A stretch of 63,078 nucleotides of DNA, the filler included, from Octopus bimaculoides (lineage: Eukaryota): assembly GCF_001194135.2 (NCBI RefSeq). It is 6 parts of 6 records of this genome, joined end to end, with 100 filler letters (N's around TTAATTAATTAA, not from the genome) between each part and the next. Parts side by side here need not be neighbours in the genome. Positions count along the whole stretch, not along the records: positions 38,481 to 51,440 come from NC_068989.1; 5 more parts are not named here. One strand, written 5' to 3'. The notes beneath the pieces are model-generated. The model searched no databases, was not told where the DNA came from, and saw nothing but the letters and a program-made list of their open reading frames with translations. Shown here piece by piece: positions 38,791 to 51,320 of the stretch. Position 1 is the stretch's first letter. Each line of letters opens with the position of its first letter. The translations under genes and the position numbers were made by a program.

Positions 38791-39125
38791 TCCGTAGTAC
38801 TTGACTGGTACATTTTGTCAATCCTGAAAGAACGAAAGGCAAAGTTGATTTTGGCAGGATTTAAGCTCAGAATGTAAAAAGTGAGAGTAAATGCTGTTAT
38901 GCACTTTGTCTGGTGAACTAATGCTCCTACCTTAGGTATTCATAATGTCCTTGGATGGATCCAAACCACCACCCTTTTGGATAACAACTGTTGTGTTATA
39001 TAATGCAATTCAGATTTTTGTGTAAGTTATTTTGAGATGCCTATGTTTTAAATGATATTTTTGTAATTTGAAATGATTTTCTTGTTATATAAAGTGTATT
39101 GAAAATCATTTTCTTTGTTTTGCAG

Positions 39126-39222
39126 AAAGGTTACGATGACTTACAGACGATAGTGCCAAAATGCCAACAACCTGACAGTTTGGGATCTCAGAAACTTAGC
39201 AAGGCATCAGTTTTGCAAAAAT
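39126..39222 (+). CDS. MLX: MLX (Max-like protein X) coding exon: bHLH helix 1 end, loop and start of helix 2
   Basis: Flanked by ttttgcag| and |gtgagc. 97 nt, phase 0 to 1. Translates KGYDDLQTIVPKCQQPDSLGSQKLSKASVLQK, closely matching recalled human MLX RGYDDLQTIVPTCQQQDFSIGSQKLSKAIVLQK. Confidence 0.95.
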
Positions 39223-40029
39223 GTGAGCTGGTTTTAACATTTGCTGAATGATTTGTTTTTCTTTTCAGTCTTAGCACATTAGTTAAAGGTGGAAGGTTAG
39301 AATATATTATTACCCCAGCAATGGTGTAGATACATATATTCTATCACCATATGCCTCTCACTCTCCTCATGCACTATGCCTGCCTCTCCCACTCTCAACT
39401 CCTGCAATGCACCCAATCACATGTCATTTCCTGTCTTTTGTTTTTTTACTCTTTCATCATTACTCCTCTGTTACTCTCCTCTTTTTCTACCATCTGTTGT
39501 CTACTCCTCCTACCTCCCCCAATTCATGCTGCATTGGCAATCTCCCACCCCATATCCACCATGTCTACTCTTCAGCCCTACTCAAATTTGACAGTTGTTG
39601 CCTACTACTCCTCTCATCACCAATTCTTCATCTTTCACTCCCCAATACACCTCAACATCCACGTTCCCACATTCCTGGTTCTTCTGTCCCCACTCACTTC
39701 TACCCACCTTGTATCTTGAGGGTCCAACATGACACCTCATCACTCATCCCCACCTCCCCCAAGCTGCCCTTGTGGCAAAAATTTGAAATAATTATGCTCT
39801 TTTACTGGTTTCAGTCATTTGACTGGGGCCATACTGGAGCATCTTTAATACTTTTAAAAGATTTGTACTGACCTCAGTACTTAGTCTGGTTCTTAATTTA
39901 ACAATTGGCTATGTCACTTTTTTGGGAACTATTCCACTTACTAAATACTACCAGGCATTAAACTTAATTTACCATTTAGTCTGGCTGGAAAAGGCAGTGT
40001 CTGTAACCTTTTAGTTATTTCAAGGTGTA

Positions 40030-40350
40030 GGCATGGTTGTGTGGTTAAAAAGTTTGCATCCCAACCACATGGATTTTGGTTCAGTCCTGTTGCATGATAC
40101 TTTGGGCAAGTGTCTTCAACTATAGCTTGTGACTGGATTTGGTAGATAGAAACTGAAAGAAATCTGTTGTGTGTGTATTTATGTGTTTTTTGTCTTATTG
40201 TCTTGACATCACTTGATAGTTGTAAATGATTATCACTGTCACACAAGCTGTATAATTCAGTTCCATTATTCTGCAAGATTATGTCTGGCAACAAGAAGAG
40301 CATCCGGCTGTAGAACTTCTGCCTCAATAAACTCCGTCTGACTTGTACAA
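40030..40350 (+). mobile_element. SINE family B in MLX intron (CpG-decayed)
   Basis: catggttgtgtggttaaaaagtttgc..gggcaagtgtcttcaactatagc. Confidence 0.72.
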
Positions 40351-40371
40351 ATATTGATAAGTGGATGTTAA

Positions 40372-42623
40372 CCCTTTTAAAATGGGTGACATAAATTTAT
40401 GCATGCAATGTACATGCTTTAAATTGGTCAATGTAATTGTATACTGCCTGACTTACAACCTGTTGCCTGAGTTAGTACCGACCCACTTGCCAACTGATAG
40501 GCCAATTAGATGTTTGATGTAAATATTTACCACCTGATAGGCTGGTCCTACCACTCTGGCTCTGTCACCTTTATTGTTGTGTCCTGTTTCAGTGAATTTA
40601 CGGTTGTCGCGCTAAGCTACAGCAAGCTACACCACCTCACCAGTTGTTTCTTCTGGTTCAGATGATGACTTGGAGAGTGAGTATTTTCACAGTTCAGAAT
40701 CAGGTGATTCCGATAGCAATGATAATATTCTGGTGAATCAAATGTACAGGCGAGCAGCAGTGAATGGCTCTGGATAACAAAATGTCATGTGGTGAGTGAG
40801 AGACAATTTCGTCTGATAGCATGGGTTTACTGGTATGCCTGGCATAAAGGCAAGCCTTGAACATGGAAGTTCTCCATTGAAAATCTTCCACGAGTTTTTG
40901 ATAGATGAAATGTTCCAATATATAGCAGACGAAACGAATGACTAAGCTGAAAACCATCCCCAGCATGTCAGACCTGGGCATGGCAGTGATTGGTTTCCAA
41001 CCACCGGACAAAATCAAAGTTCTGCTTGCCCTGCTGATACTGATGGGCATCATGAAGAAACCAATCCTGGTGTCATATTGGAATCAGGATCCAGCCACAT
41101 CGACACCTTTTTTTCTGGAAACAATGCCATGTGATGGATTTTTGGTGCTTCTTTAAAATCTACATTTCAACTCAAGTGAGAACCAGGATGACAGGCTGCG
41201 CAAAATACATCCTATTGTTGACAAAGTGATTGAAAATTTTAGAATGGTGTATGTCCCCACACAGGACATTTGCATGGATGAGAGTTTGTGGAAATCCAAG
41301 GAAAGGCTCTGATTCAAAAAATACAACCCGACCAAACATGCCTGCTTTGGAATGAAGGTTTATAAAGTATGCCAGTCAACTAGCAGAGCCTGTGCGTACA
41401 CATGGAATTACAAAATCTACACTGGTCAGGACAGATTGGATCTTCCAGTGTCTACTCAAGTTTCAACTGATGTGTTGTTGCTGAATGAAAACTTGTTACA
41501 ATATTTATATGGATAACTGGTTTTCCAGTACAGACCTCTTCCTGCAGTTGCAGGTGAGGAGGGCTAATGCCTGTGTGACTGAGGATGCACAAGAAAAACA
41601 TGCTGCCTGATCTTCACGAGATAAAACTTTGATAGGGGGAAACAGTGTACTGATGCACTGATTGTGACATGACAAGAAAAATGTCTTATGTTATCCACAA
41701 TGCATTCTGCAAGCGTGAAGGACACTAGGAAACAAGATGCTGACAGTAATGCCATAATGAAACCAAGTGTAGTTGTTTCATACAATGAAGGGATAGGCAG
41801 GGTTGGTCACTCAGATCAGCTTGTGACAACACACAAATCGGTGAGAAAATTTGTGAAATGTTACAAAAAAATTTTTTTGTATGTAGTTGACATGTGTGTC
41901 ATGAACTCACATTAGATTTGGTAGGTGCTTGGCTGTGTGGGGAATGGATTGATATTTAGGAATCTATTGTTCCCTGAAATGATAGAAGCATCAGACCTGC
42001 CAAAGTATAGAATGCGTGAATGTCCTTGTGCTGGACTCTCTCCTCATCACATGGTAAAGGGATGTGGACATTTTCCACGACTGTTTTCCCCCACCGCCAA
42101 GAAGACAAATGTTTCAAAGAGATGCACAGTTTGTAAAGCAAAATGGAAACATAAGGAAACTAGATACTATTGTTCACAATATGATATGTCACTATGTGTG
42201 GTACCCTGTTTTGAACTCTACCACATCAAAGTCAATTTTTGAATTCATGTGATTGTAAATACTTGAAGTTGATCTGACTTGTACTGTCAAGTGATCTTAT
42301 TCAGGAATAATACTATAATTCAGGAATAATACTATATGAACGTCCTAAACAAGGATATAGTTGAAGTAAATAAACAATACTTGCACTAAAGTGGTTGACA
42401 TAAATATACACCAAATGTTCTCTTGCACTGAGTGCTGAGCTCAATTGGCACAATTACCGTTGCTGCAGGCAGGCAACCGAATGAATCACCACCATAAACA
42501 GGCTAAAGTGATTAACATAAATATATGCCAAACCATTGTTGTGTGCTAATTGCTGATCTCAGCCAAGATGATTACTGTCAATGCAACCTAGTTGGTTGAT
42601 AAAAAGAAACCATTGTCACAGGG
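40372..42623 (+). mobile_element. piggyBac transposon, both ends present, transposase decayed, inside MLX intron
   Basis: TTAA at 40368-40371 and 42624-42627, with CCCT...AGGG termini. Frameshifted fragments: DICMDESLWK (D1), YMDNWFSSTDLFLQL (D2), GIGRVGHSDQ (GGVD motif with D to G change), and Cys-rich tail KRCTVCKAK..RYYCSQYDMSLCVVPCFELYH. Subterminal ~30-nt direct repeats near 42386 and 42503. Confidence 0.92.
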
Positions 42624-42759
42624 TTAAAATAATCACAATGAAACAATCTTGATGATAATGGTGAATGTAATAGAAACAAACTTTATTCAATTCTTTAGAT
42701 ATAATACATGCATTAGAACTAAACTATTTTTAATGATTTTATTATTTTTACTTATTCAG

Positions 42760-42859
42760 CCATAGAATATATTAGCTTCTTGGTGGATCAGAAATCTAAA
42801 CAGGAGCTGGCTCTTGATACTCTCAGAAAAGAAGTTATGGCTTTGAAGATTATGAAAGC
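42760..42859 (+). CDS. MLX: MLX coding exon: helix 2 and leucine zipper
   Basis: Flanked by cttattcag| and |gtaagt. 100 nt, phase 1 to 2, in frame with the previous exon. Translates (S)IEYISFLVDQKSKQELALDTLRKEVMALKIMK(A); compare MLX TIDYIQFL...STLRKDVTALKIMK. Confidence 0.95.
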
Positions 42860-43286
42860 GTAAGTAGCAATCTTTTTATTTCCAATTTTAAAATATTTTA
42901 GACTTACAAAACAGCTATGTAGTTATAATGAGTCTGCTCCAAATCTATGTGGTAGAAAGATGAAAGCAAAATGTTTCCTCTAAGTAATGTATAGAACAGT
43001 ATCAAAGTTACATGAAATTAAGCGTCAGCCTTTCTTTTCTTTTCTAAATATGTAAATATTGAAGATGTACTTGGAAAGGTTGTCTATTCTAGAATGAATG
43101 AAATTTGAGAAAGATTATGATGATGATAACAAAATTTCATTGATCTGTTTAATAAACGCTAGGATGAATGCTTAAGAGATATCAAACATAAGAATATGTT
43201 TAATATTAGAATTGTTTATGCACTATAATTGGTATTTTTAGGCTGTCTATTTTCAACTTTAATTGTTAAATATATTTGATTTCTAG

Positions 43287-43371
43287 CAACTATGAACAAA
43301 TTTTGAAATCTCACCAAAACACACCTCTTGCAGGACAAAATCAGGTTTCTGACGAAGTCAAATTTCAAGTA
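43287..43371 (+). CDS. MLX: MLX coding exon: zipper end and linker
   Basis: Flanked by ttctag| and |gtgagt. 85 nt, phase 2 to 0. Translates NYEQILKSHQNTPLAGQNQVSDEVKFQV; compare MLX NYEQIVKAHQDNPHEGEDQVSDQVKFNV. Confidence 0.95.
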
Positions 43372-43664
43372 GTGAGTAAATTTTCTTTGGTATTGAGTGT
43401 GTTACAGGAAAATGTCTCATAGCCTATTGCATCATTGCAATACCAGTGGAAACTTGTTCTTTACACAGTTCCTGATCATTTTGATTGAACCATGAAGCAC
43501 AGCTAGATAATTATATGTTAAATCTCACTGCATGGTAACTTTAATCAAGTGTCTTCTACCATAAATTCAGGTTTGTCCAACACCTTGTGACTGAAATTTA
43601 GTTGACAGTCCTTGGATAATAAATTTTACCCTTTTGATGCCAAACCACCTGAGACTGCTCATCA

Positions 43665-43820
43665 TCTTATGATCATTTAACGTCTGCCTTCCATGTTGGC
43701 ATGGGTTGGACAGTTTGACAAGAGCCAGCCAAGTAGAAGACTACACCAGGCTTCTGTGTCTGTTTTGGCATGGGTTTTATGGCTGAATGCCCTTCCTAAC
43801 ACCAACCACCCTGCAGAGTG
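43665..43820 (-). mobile_element. Repeat family D (LINE-tail-like, (ATG)n tail); related copies at about 46490-46757 (+) and 48755-49085 (-)
   Basis: Shared tcatttaac(g/a)tctg..ttccatg(t/c)tggcatggg..gcccttcct..a(c)caaccac. Confidence 0.6.
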
Positions 43821-44489
43821 GTTATATAATAAAAACTTTCAAAATTAACTGAAACAAAAAAGCAGTATATTTCTTGAAAATATGCTAAGTAAGAGGTTAA
43901 ATCATTGGATAAACATCGGCACCTGGTCCTTGGATACCTGTAGCAAAGGTACACTATTCAAGTTTTTAGGCCATACTTGTGGACTCAGGATAACTTCTTC
44001 CCTTTCATCAAATTCTGAAGGCCCTAAAAAGGATTGTGGATGCTGTTCTTCTGATTAATCCATTAAAAGAGACAAAAGTCAAACTTGAAACTGTTGGCAT
44101 CTTTTAGAATTCAATGATGAACATAGCTAGTTTAGATTAAAGTTTACTTGTATGTTGCTTAAATTGTCTAGTTTTAAAAGTAATTTTCTATGTTGAACTT
44201 AGAAAACAATGTGGCTGTATTAACAAATTAAATCATTATTCATCATCATCATCATTATTTAGCATCCACTTTTCTTTGGTTACATAGATCAGATGGAATA
44301 TGTTGAGACAGATATTCTACAACCCTTAACTGTTTTCAAGCAAAGCAATATTCTCATGGCTATACATGTTTCTCATGGAAGATCAGAAACAAATGACACT
44401 ACTTGTAGAATAGTGATGTTCATTTACAACCTTTACATGATGTCAGGATAAGGGTACACACACATGCTGGATGTCCTTCGGATGGACTG

Positions 44490-44640
44490 CTTTTAGTTTT
44501 CATCTGCCAAATCTACACAGAAGGTTTTAGTTGGCCCAGGGCTATAATAAAAAACACTTGCCAATGTGTCACACAGTGGGACTAAACCAGAAACCATGTG
44601 GTTGAGAAGCAAACTTCTTAACCACACAGCCATACCTGTG
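44490..44640 (-). mobile_element. SINE family B head in MLX intron
   Basis: cagtgggactaaaccagaaaccatgtggttgagaagcaaacttcttaaccacacagcc. Confidence 0.72.
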
Positions 44641-44916
44641 CACACACACACACACACATGCATGCACATACACTCACACACATACATCACTTAGCCACCT
44701 GACCTAAACTTTTTAACTGCTACTAACCAGTCATATCTTCATATACACACACAAAGCTACATACTAGTCTCAGACACATGCACTCAGTCACACAGAAATA
44801 TATACACGCACACACACACACACAATGTGTTTTACCATTTTCCTTACAATATTTTTGTTCTAATTTTATGATTTGTTCATTATTTTTATTTTGTTTCTTT
44901 ACTCTTAAAATTTTAG

Positions 44917-45033
44917 TTCAAGCAGATTATGGACTCCTTATTCCAGTCTTTTGTATCAGCAGTGTCAGTTAGTAACTTTACTGAACTTTCAACATGTGTG
45001 ATAAGTTGGTTAGAAGCATATTGCAAACCTAAG
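44917..45033 (+). CDS. MLX: MLX coding exon: C-terminal DCD domain
   Basis: Flanked by ttttag| and |gtaagg. 117 nt, phase 0 to 0. Translates FKQIMDSLFQSFVSAVSVSNFTELSTCVISWLEAYCKPK; compare MLX FQGIMDSLFQSFNASISVASFQELSACVFSWIEEHCKPQ. Confidence 0.95.
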
Positions 45034-45885
45034 GTAAGGCTAATCTCTCTCTCTCTCTCTCCATCCCCCCTCCCCTTGTTTTTGTGGCATTCTCACAAGT
45101 GGTAGGTATAGCTTCATAGTTCAGAAGTTCAGCTTCACCACTATCTGCTTTAGGAGTTTGTACCTCTCCACCATCTCTGTACTGTATCATAAGCAAATGT
45201 ATTTTATCATAGTTTTGGGTTGACCAAAGTCCTGTCAATGAAATTTGGGTGACAGAAACGTTTTGGAAGTTCATTGAAAGGGCTCATTACCCACTTTCGC
45301 CAAGGAGACAGTAACACACACATTTGTGCATGTTACTGTTTCCTTGTCTTGATGTGTGATAGCTACAAATGAGTGTGACCATTTTACAAGCAGAGTCCAT
45401 TGTTTCCAAACTTCCGTGAAAACGTCTGGCTATGGGAAAATAATTCTTTATTTGAAAACAAAAAGACAGACAGATGATGACAATGCTGCTGCTGCTGTCG
45501 TTGTGCTTGTAGTAGGAGTATATTATAATACAAGCTAGATGTTTTCCCCTGTTCCTTCTCAGAGAGCAGTAACTATACATGAAATGACTAGGCTGCTCCA
45601 TTCAATTCATGCCAGCTTTGTGTGCTGGCATAAAGAAATATATATGCATATGCATGTGTGTGTATATAGCTGAAATTTACTGGTATATGAACAGAAATCA
45701 ATAGAATATATACCAGATTGGATCCTGTTGCCATGATTCTTTTTTAACAATTTGTATCAATATGTTATTTGTATAACTCTGTGTTATCACATAAATTTTT
45801 TTTTTTAAATTTTGTTGGTGTATCAATTACATCTTGATATACCCACACAATCCTGTAATATATTTTATTTCATTTTTTTTTCCAG

Positions 45886-45951
45886 ATTTTGAAAGGACTT
45901 GTGGTTGGTGTTTTACAGCAGGTTTCTAATCAACCAAATATCAACCAATAA
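45886..45951 (+). CDS. MLX: MLX terminal coding exon
   Basis: Strong acceptor ttttttttccag|. Translates ILKGLVVGVLQQVSNQPNINQ*; compare MLX TLREIVIGVLHQLKNQLY*. Phase 0 fits the previous exon. Confidence 0.88.
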   Translation: MLKGLVVGVLQQVSNQPNINQ

Positions 45952-47105
45952 ACACTCTCTTTGTGTGAATAGGAGGCTGAAAACCATTTTCTCTGCTTTG
46001 TAGCTGAGCCCGGATTGAATGATGAAAACTTAATACTGGTTAATGGGCCATTGCTGTTTTTATTTCATCTTCCATATCCTGTCTTAATGATTTTACTTCT
46101 GAAAGAACAGTTTCTAAGTATTGAATTACAGCAGTGACTTTTAATGACTGCAATGTTATTCAAACATTTTGCAATAACCATTATAGGTGCTGCATTTTGC
46201 TCACAAATTTAAACTGACCAAACAATTTTTTTTTTTTTTCTTTGTCATGTTTCTGAATATAGATATTTTATATTTAAATTTTATTAAAATCTATAAATTA
46301 TATATCAATGTTTCTTTTAATAACTTTATATATTACCCACCCTTTCTGATCCTTCATTCCTATTTCTATCTCATATTGTATTTTGAGAGTACACCCTCAC
46401 CATCTTTCTTCTCTGTTTCCACCTTTGGAAGCCATGTATTTCCTCTTCAATAAGACGTCTGTTCTTGTCTTATCATAGTCTAACATCTCAATGCCTGATA
46501 TAAGATCACTTCCATCAATACTACATTCTTACTCAGTTGAGGGGGTCTTGTCTTGCAAATTGCTTAGTGACCTCAATAGGGTTAGTGCCATGAAAAAAGC
46601 ACTCAGTAAACTGGTTGGCATTAAGAAGTGTATCCAACCATCGAAACCATACCAAAGCAGACATTAGAGCTCAGCACAGTCCTCTGGTTTATTAGATCCT
46701 CTTAAATCATTCAACTCTTGCTAACATAGAAAACAAGTGTTAAATGATGATGATGACTAAGCATTGTAAGAACAAGAAATACAAATTATATAGTTATACT
46801 TTCATGTGTTAATTAACAACTTAAAATTTAAAAACAACTTTAACGTAAAATATATTACACAAAATGTGAAGTGTAAATAATTGAGAAATATGAGTTTGGT
46901 ATAGAAAAGAAACTGTTTGGATTCTACATGTGTGTTGATAACACCATTCTTAACTGGATTAATACACTGGAATCAGTTGCAGCTATTCTAATGGTCATGT
47001 ATAAAGTTTCCTATTGAGAGGACCTCTACTTGGTGGCTTAACCTACAAGAAATCAGATGTGGTATGTGCCTATTCTGGAGGAAGTGATGAGTGTTACGGG
47101 ATGAA

Positions 47106-47283
47106 ACCTAAACCATCATTGCTGCCCATCCAGAAAAATTTGTATCAATGTCTCTTGTCCACAAGCAGTTTAGCTGAGGCCCCTCTCCATTGTTCCTCAT
47201 GCACACAACACACATCTACATACCACTGCTCAAGCATTTCAACAATTTCACCAGATCTACTTTTCATTGTGGCAACACCAAGC
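47106..47283 (-). mobile_element. RTE-like LINE, APE endonuclease N-terminal fragment
   Basis: Minus strand LGVATMKSRSGEIVEMLEQWYVDVCCVHEEQWRGASAKLLVDKRH*YKFFWMGSNDG resembles the NVGTM..DV.CVQE.RW APE start. Confidence 0.8.
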
Positions 47284-47725
47284 TTGTGAACCTGGAAAGC
47301 CTGGGAGGGGATTTGGAGGATGTTATCAGCATCTAAATAGATCTTTGCAGTTACTTGTCTGGAGGCAGTGGATCCTTGTGCTTAGTGTAGGTAGGTACAG
47401 GTTGCAGCATGAATTACAATTTCAGTTTGAATTTCCTTCAGTCCAGTACTGGGGTGGGGTGGGGTGAGGGAATAGATAAGGTTGAAGGAGGAGTTTTTTT
47501 CAGTATTATCAAAACAACAATTAGTTTTTGGCAATGCAGAAGGAGCCAAGCACACTGTGATAATATAGCCTTTTAAATTATCATCATCATAGTGTAAACA
47601 TATATTCATAAACACACACACATACACATAAGCACATACTTGAACAATGCATCACATATAAAAACATGTATGTATGTCCCCACAAGATGCTTATATACAT
47701 ATAATTATGTGGTGTCATCTGCAAT

Positions 47726-47762
<37 letters not shown>

Positions 47763-49086
47763 CATATGATTATGTGTACATAAGCACATTCTCATATGTG
47801 AGCAGATGTAAGCAAAATATACAAGCAGTCATATTTGTGCATGCACTTGAACTTCCTTCGCAAAGGTGGCAATAAGGAGTGGGAGAAGTAACAATAGAAT
47901 TGAGATTATATAATTAGACAGCCCTCTGAAAATTTCTGACAGAAATTAAAGTTATTCCTTGTTGATAAGAAAGCCCCTATATTTAGTACCTGTAAGAAAG
48001 ATAGACAGATCGGTAGATAAAGACATGTCCATATCACAGAAAGAGAGAGATGATATTATTACTATCCTTAAGAGAGACTTCAAACAGAGAAACTGAGGTG
48101 GAGAGAGGCTGTAGGGACTAAGGAAAATTTTAACGTAATTATACGGTCATGTATATAAAAGAGAGCAACAAATTTGGAAAGGCTGAATAAAATAAAATAA
48201 ATTAGTTTGCTTAGCTTTAGTTCAGGTAGCAACTCAGTATGACAGCTCAACTGCTACAAAGTAAATTGAGACCATGTTTAAGGTTTTTTATGATATTCTG
48301 GGATCCCCCAAAACACAGGAAAATCTACAAGTGTTGGAAGAAACTATTATTTGCCATTTTACTGACAATATTATCACCATCATCATCATTGAGAATATGT
48401 AAGAGTGCTAGAAGAACTATTTAACCATTCACCACTGCCATCATCAACAAGATCACACATCTACCAAATATATCCTTTGTGATCTATATGGGAGTTTCTG
48501 ACAAATTGAAAGTTCTTTGCCTATCAATATAGAACACCTATTATTTAGCACCTGTAAGTAAGATAGACAGATCACTAGATAGAGACATGTCCATAATACC
48601 ACAAGGGGGAAAAGAGCAAGAAGTGAGAATGAAAGTGATGTTAGCCTTATACCCTAGTCTCAACCATTGTCTTTCTTGATAATAGAATACCAAGGGGAGA
48701 GCATACTATGGGCTGTTTGATTCTTTGTATCCCTTTTCCTATTGTTATATAATCATTTAACATCTGTTTTCCATGCTGGCATGGGCTGCACAGTTTGATA
48801 GGAGCTGACCAGCTGAAAGGCTGTTCAGGCTCCATGTCTGTTTTGGCATGGTTTCTACTGCTGGAGGCCCTTCCTTATGCCAACCACTTAATGTGTATAT
48901 GCTTTTTATGTGGTACAATCACTTACGAGGCCCCAAGATTAGGGGTGCTCAGCTGGAGAGGGTTGCAAGTGATGAGCCTGTATGCAAGCGTAACTGTGCT
49001 TTTATGTAGCTTCAAGTGTCTTTTCAAGCACAGCAAACCGCTGGGAGTCTTGGTCCCCTGTCATCCCCTCTGTGAGTCCCAACATC

Positions 49087-49163
<77 letters not shown>

Positions 49164-49339
49164 TTAGGGAAAAGAACCAAGGTTCATGAACTCATTGATG
49201 AAAATCCACTGTCACATATAGAAAAATTAATAAGTAAAAGCACAATAAATAAGTATAATATAATACAAAGTAAATATCATAAGATAATGATAATAAAACG
49301 ACTACACGTGTTTCATAACCAATTTTCAAATAGAAAGAA

Positions 49340-49830
49340 AATTTAAATCAATTAAAACTATCAAAAATCAATTCTATTCAAAAATATAGCTAATCTTCAG
49401 GTGAAAATACTTGGTTATACTTGAGACTGCTCCAATCTGGCCAGCCCCAAGGAAAATCTAAGTTAAGAGCACTAGATTCCTTGGAAGAAAGCAGCAAATG
49501 TACATGAAATCAAGGACAGAAAAAAACAGAGAAATGGTACACAAATACAAATGCAAACAACAAGGCATTAACAACAGGTGTCTTTCAACTAAGGACGAAT
49601 TAAATTAAAAGTATGTATATATAAAGTGAATCCAAACAAAAAAGAACAAACAAGAAAAAAACAATAATGCAAGAACGTGATACAAGTACTGTATTATCAG
49701 ATGCTCAGGAAAGGAAAGAAAGAGGATTTAATGTTTCGAGCCTTGCTCTTCTTCAGAAATAGAGTAAAGTCCAAAGGAAGGAAAACGGAGGAAGAAAATC
49801 GCCAATGATACACATGCGGTTACATTTTGA
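49340..49830 (-). mobile_element. Probable Penelope-like terminal repeat (pLTR) fragment
   Basis: Contains the minimal hammerhead at 49726-49760. Family assignment and boundaries are inferred. Confidence 0.4.
49726..49760 (-). ncRNA. Minimal type I hammerhead motif of a different repeat family
   Basis: rc ATTT-CTGAAGA-A-GAGC(aag)GCTC-GAAA-CA-TT-AAAT. Core intact, 4-bp helices I and II; helix III has a CpG-type G to A change. Confidence 0.62.
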
Positions 49831-50079
49831 AATAACCAGAAGGGAATGGGTGAAGAAAAAGTTCTTTCTGACAGGAGAGTGCAAGAGAAGGAGATATGTA
49901 TGTGTATGTGTGGGTATGTGCGTGCGCAAAGGTTTGTGTGTGTGTGTAACAATAGCAAATGTATGTGTGCATGTGTATGCGTGTGTGGTTTTGGCTGTTT
50001 ATATGTGTGTGAGTGGACTTTGTGTCGTTTAATGTAGGAAGAATTTACAGTGGGAATTTTAGGTAGGAGTGGCTGTCTT

Positions 50080-51320
50080 TTGTGTGTCTCCTTTCACATG
50101 TGCATAGGAGAATGGTCAGTAGAAATATAGTTTGAAGTATGTGTATCTGTGCGTGTATGTATATGTTGTGTGTGTTTTGTGTGCAGTGTGTACCTGTGTA
50201 TGTATCGGGTCGTGTGGGGTTGTGCGTTACTGTATATATGTTTGTGCGTGTACGTGTGTGCGTGTGTATATCCATGTATGTATAATTGTGTGCGTGTATG
50301 TATGTGTTGTGTGTGGGAGGTATGTGTGAGTTTATTTGCATATGTATGTGTATATGTATCTGCATGTGAGTGTATGTGTGTGTGTACATGTGTGTGTGCA
50401 TGTGTATGTGTGTGTGTGAATGAGGGGTTGTGTGTAAAGGTATATGTGCACTTTTTTGTACATGTATGTGCATGCATGTGTGTGTGTGTATATGTACGTG
50501 TAGTTGTGTGCATGTATGTATTTATGTGTGTGCGTGTATGTTATATTGTGTGTGTATGTGTGTGCATGTGTGTGCGCATGTGTGTTTATGTATATATTGT
50601 GTGAGTGTGTGTATGTGTATGCATTGTGTGTATACGTGTGTATGTGAGGTTCTGTATGTGTGTGTTCGTGGGGTTGTGTGGGGGTATATGTGCGTTCTGT
50701 GTGCGTATGCTTACGTGCATGTATGTGCATGTGTATTTATGTCCATGTGTGTGTAATTGTGTGCATGTCTGTATGAGTGTGTTGTGTGTGTGGGTGGTAT
50801 GTGTGTGTACATGTGCGAGTGTAAGTATGTGTGTGCACGTATGCATATGTGCATGTGAATGTGTGTGTGTGTGCGGGTGTGTGTATATGCGCATGTGCAC
50901 GTGTGTGTATGTGCATATGTGTGTGTGAACATGGAGATGTGTGTCGAGTTGTGTGCATTTTGTTGCATGTATGCATGTGTGTGTGTATGTGTGTACGTTT
51001 GTGTGCATGTGTTTGTGTATATAGGTGTGTGTCTGTGTGTGTGTGGGGTTGTGTAGGTTAGGTATATGTGCATTTCTGTGTGTGTGCATGTGTGTATGTG
51101 GGTATATGTGTGTATGTATGCATGTGTGCACGTGTGTGTGTGCACATGTATGCGTGTGTATGTGCATGTATGTGTGTGGATGTATGTGTATGTATGTGCA
51201 TGTATGTGTGTTGTATGTGTGTGGGAGGTATATGTGTGTGGGAGGTATATGTGTGTGCATGAGTGCATGTATTTTTTCGTATGTGTATATGTACGTGTGT
51301 GTGTGCATGCGTGCGTGTGT
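50080..51320. repeat. Long cryptic (TG)-rich simple repeat; similar tracts at 15580-16400 and 23550-24620
   Basis: Scrambled tgtg/tatg/tgca motifs. Confidence 0.9.

Noticed and set aside
40700-42242. Domesticated intact PGBD gene
   Set aside because: It has multiple stops and frameshifts, and the third catalytic Asp is changed to Gly.
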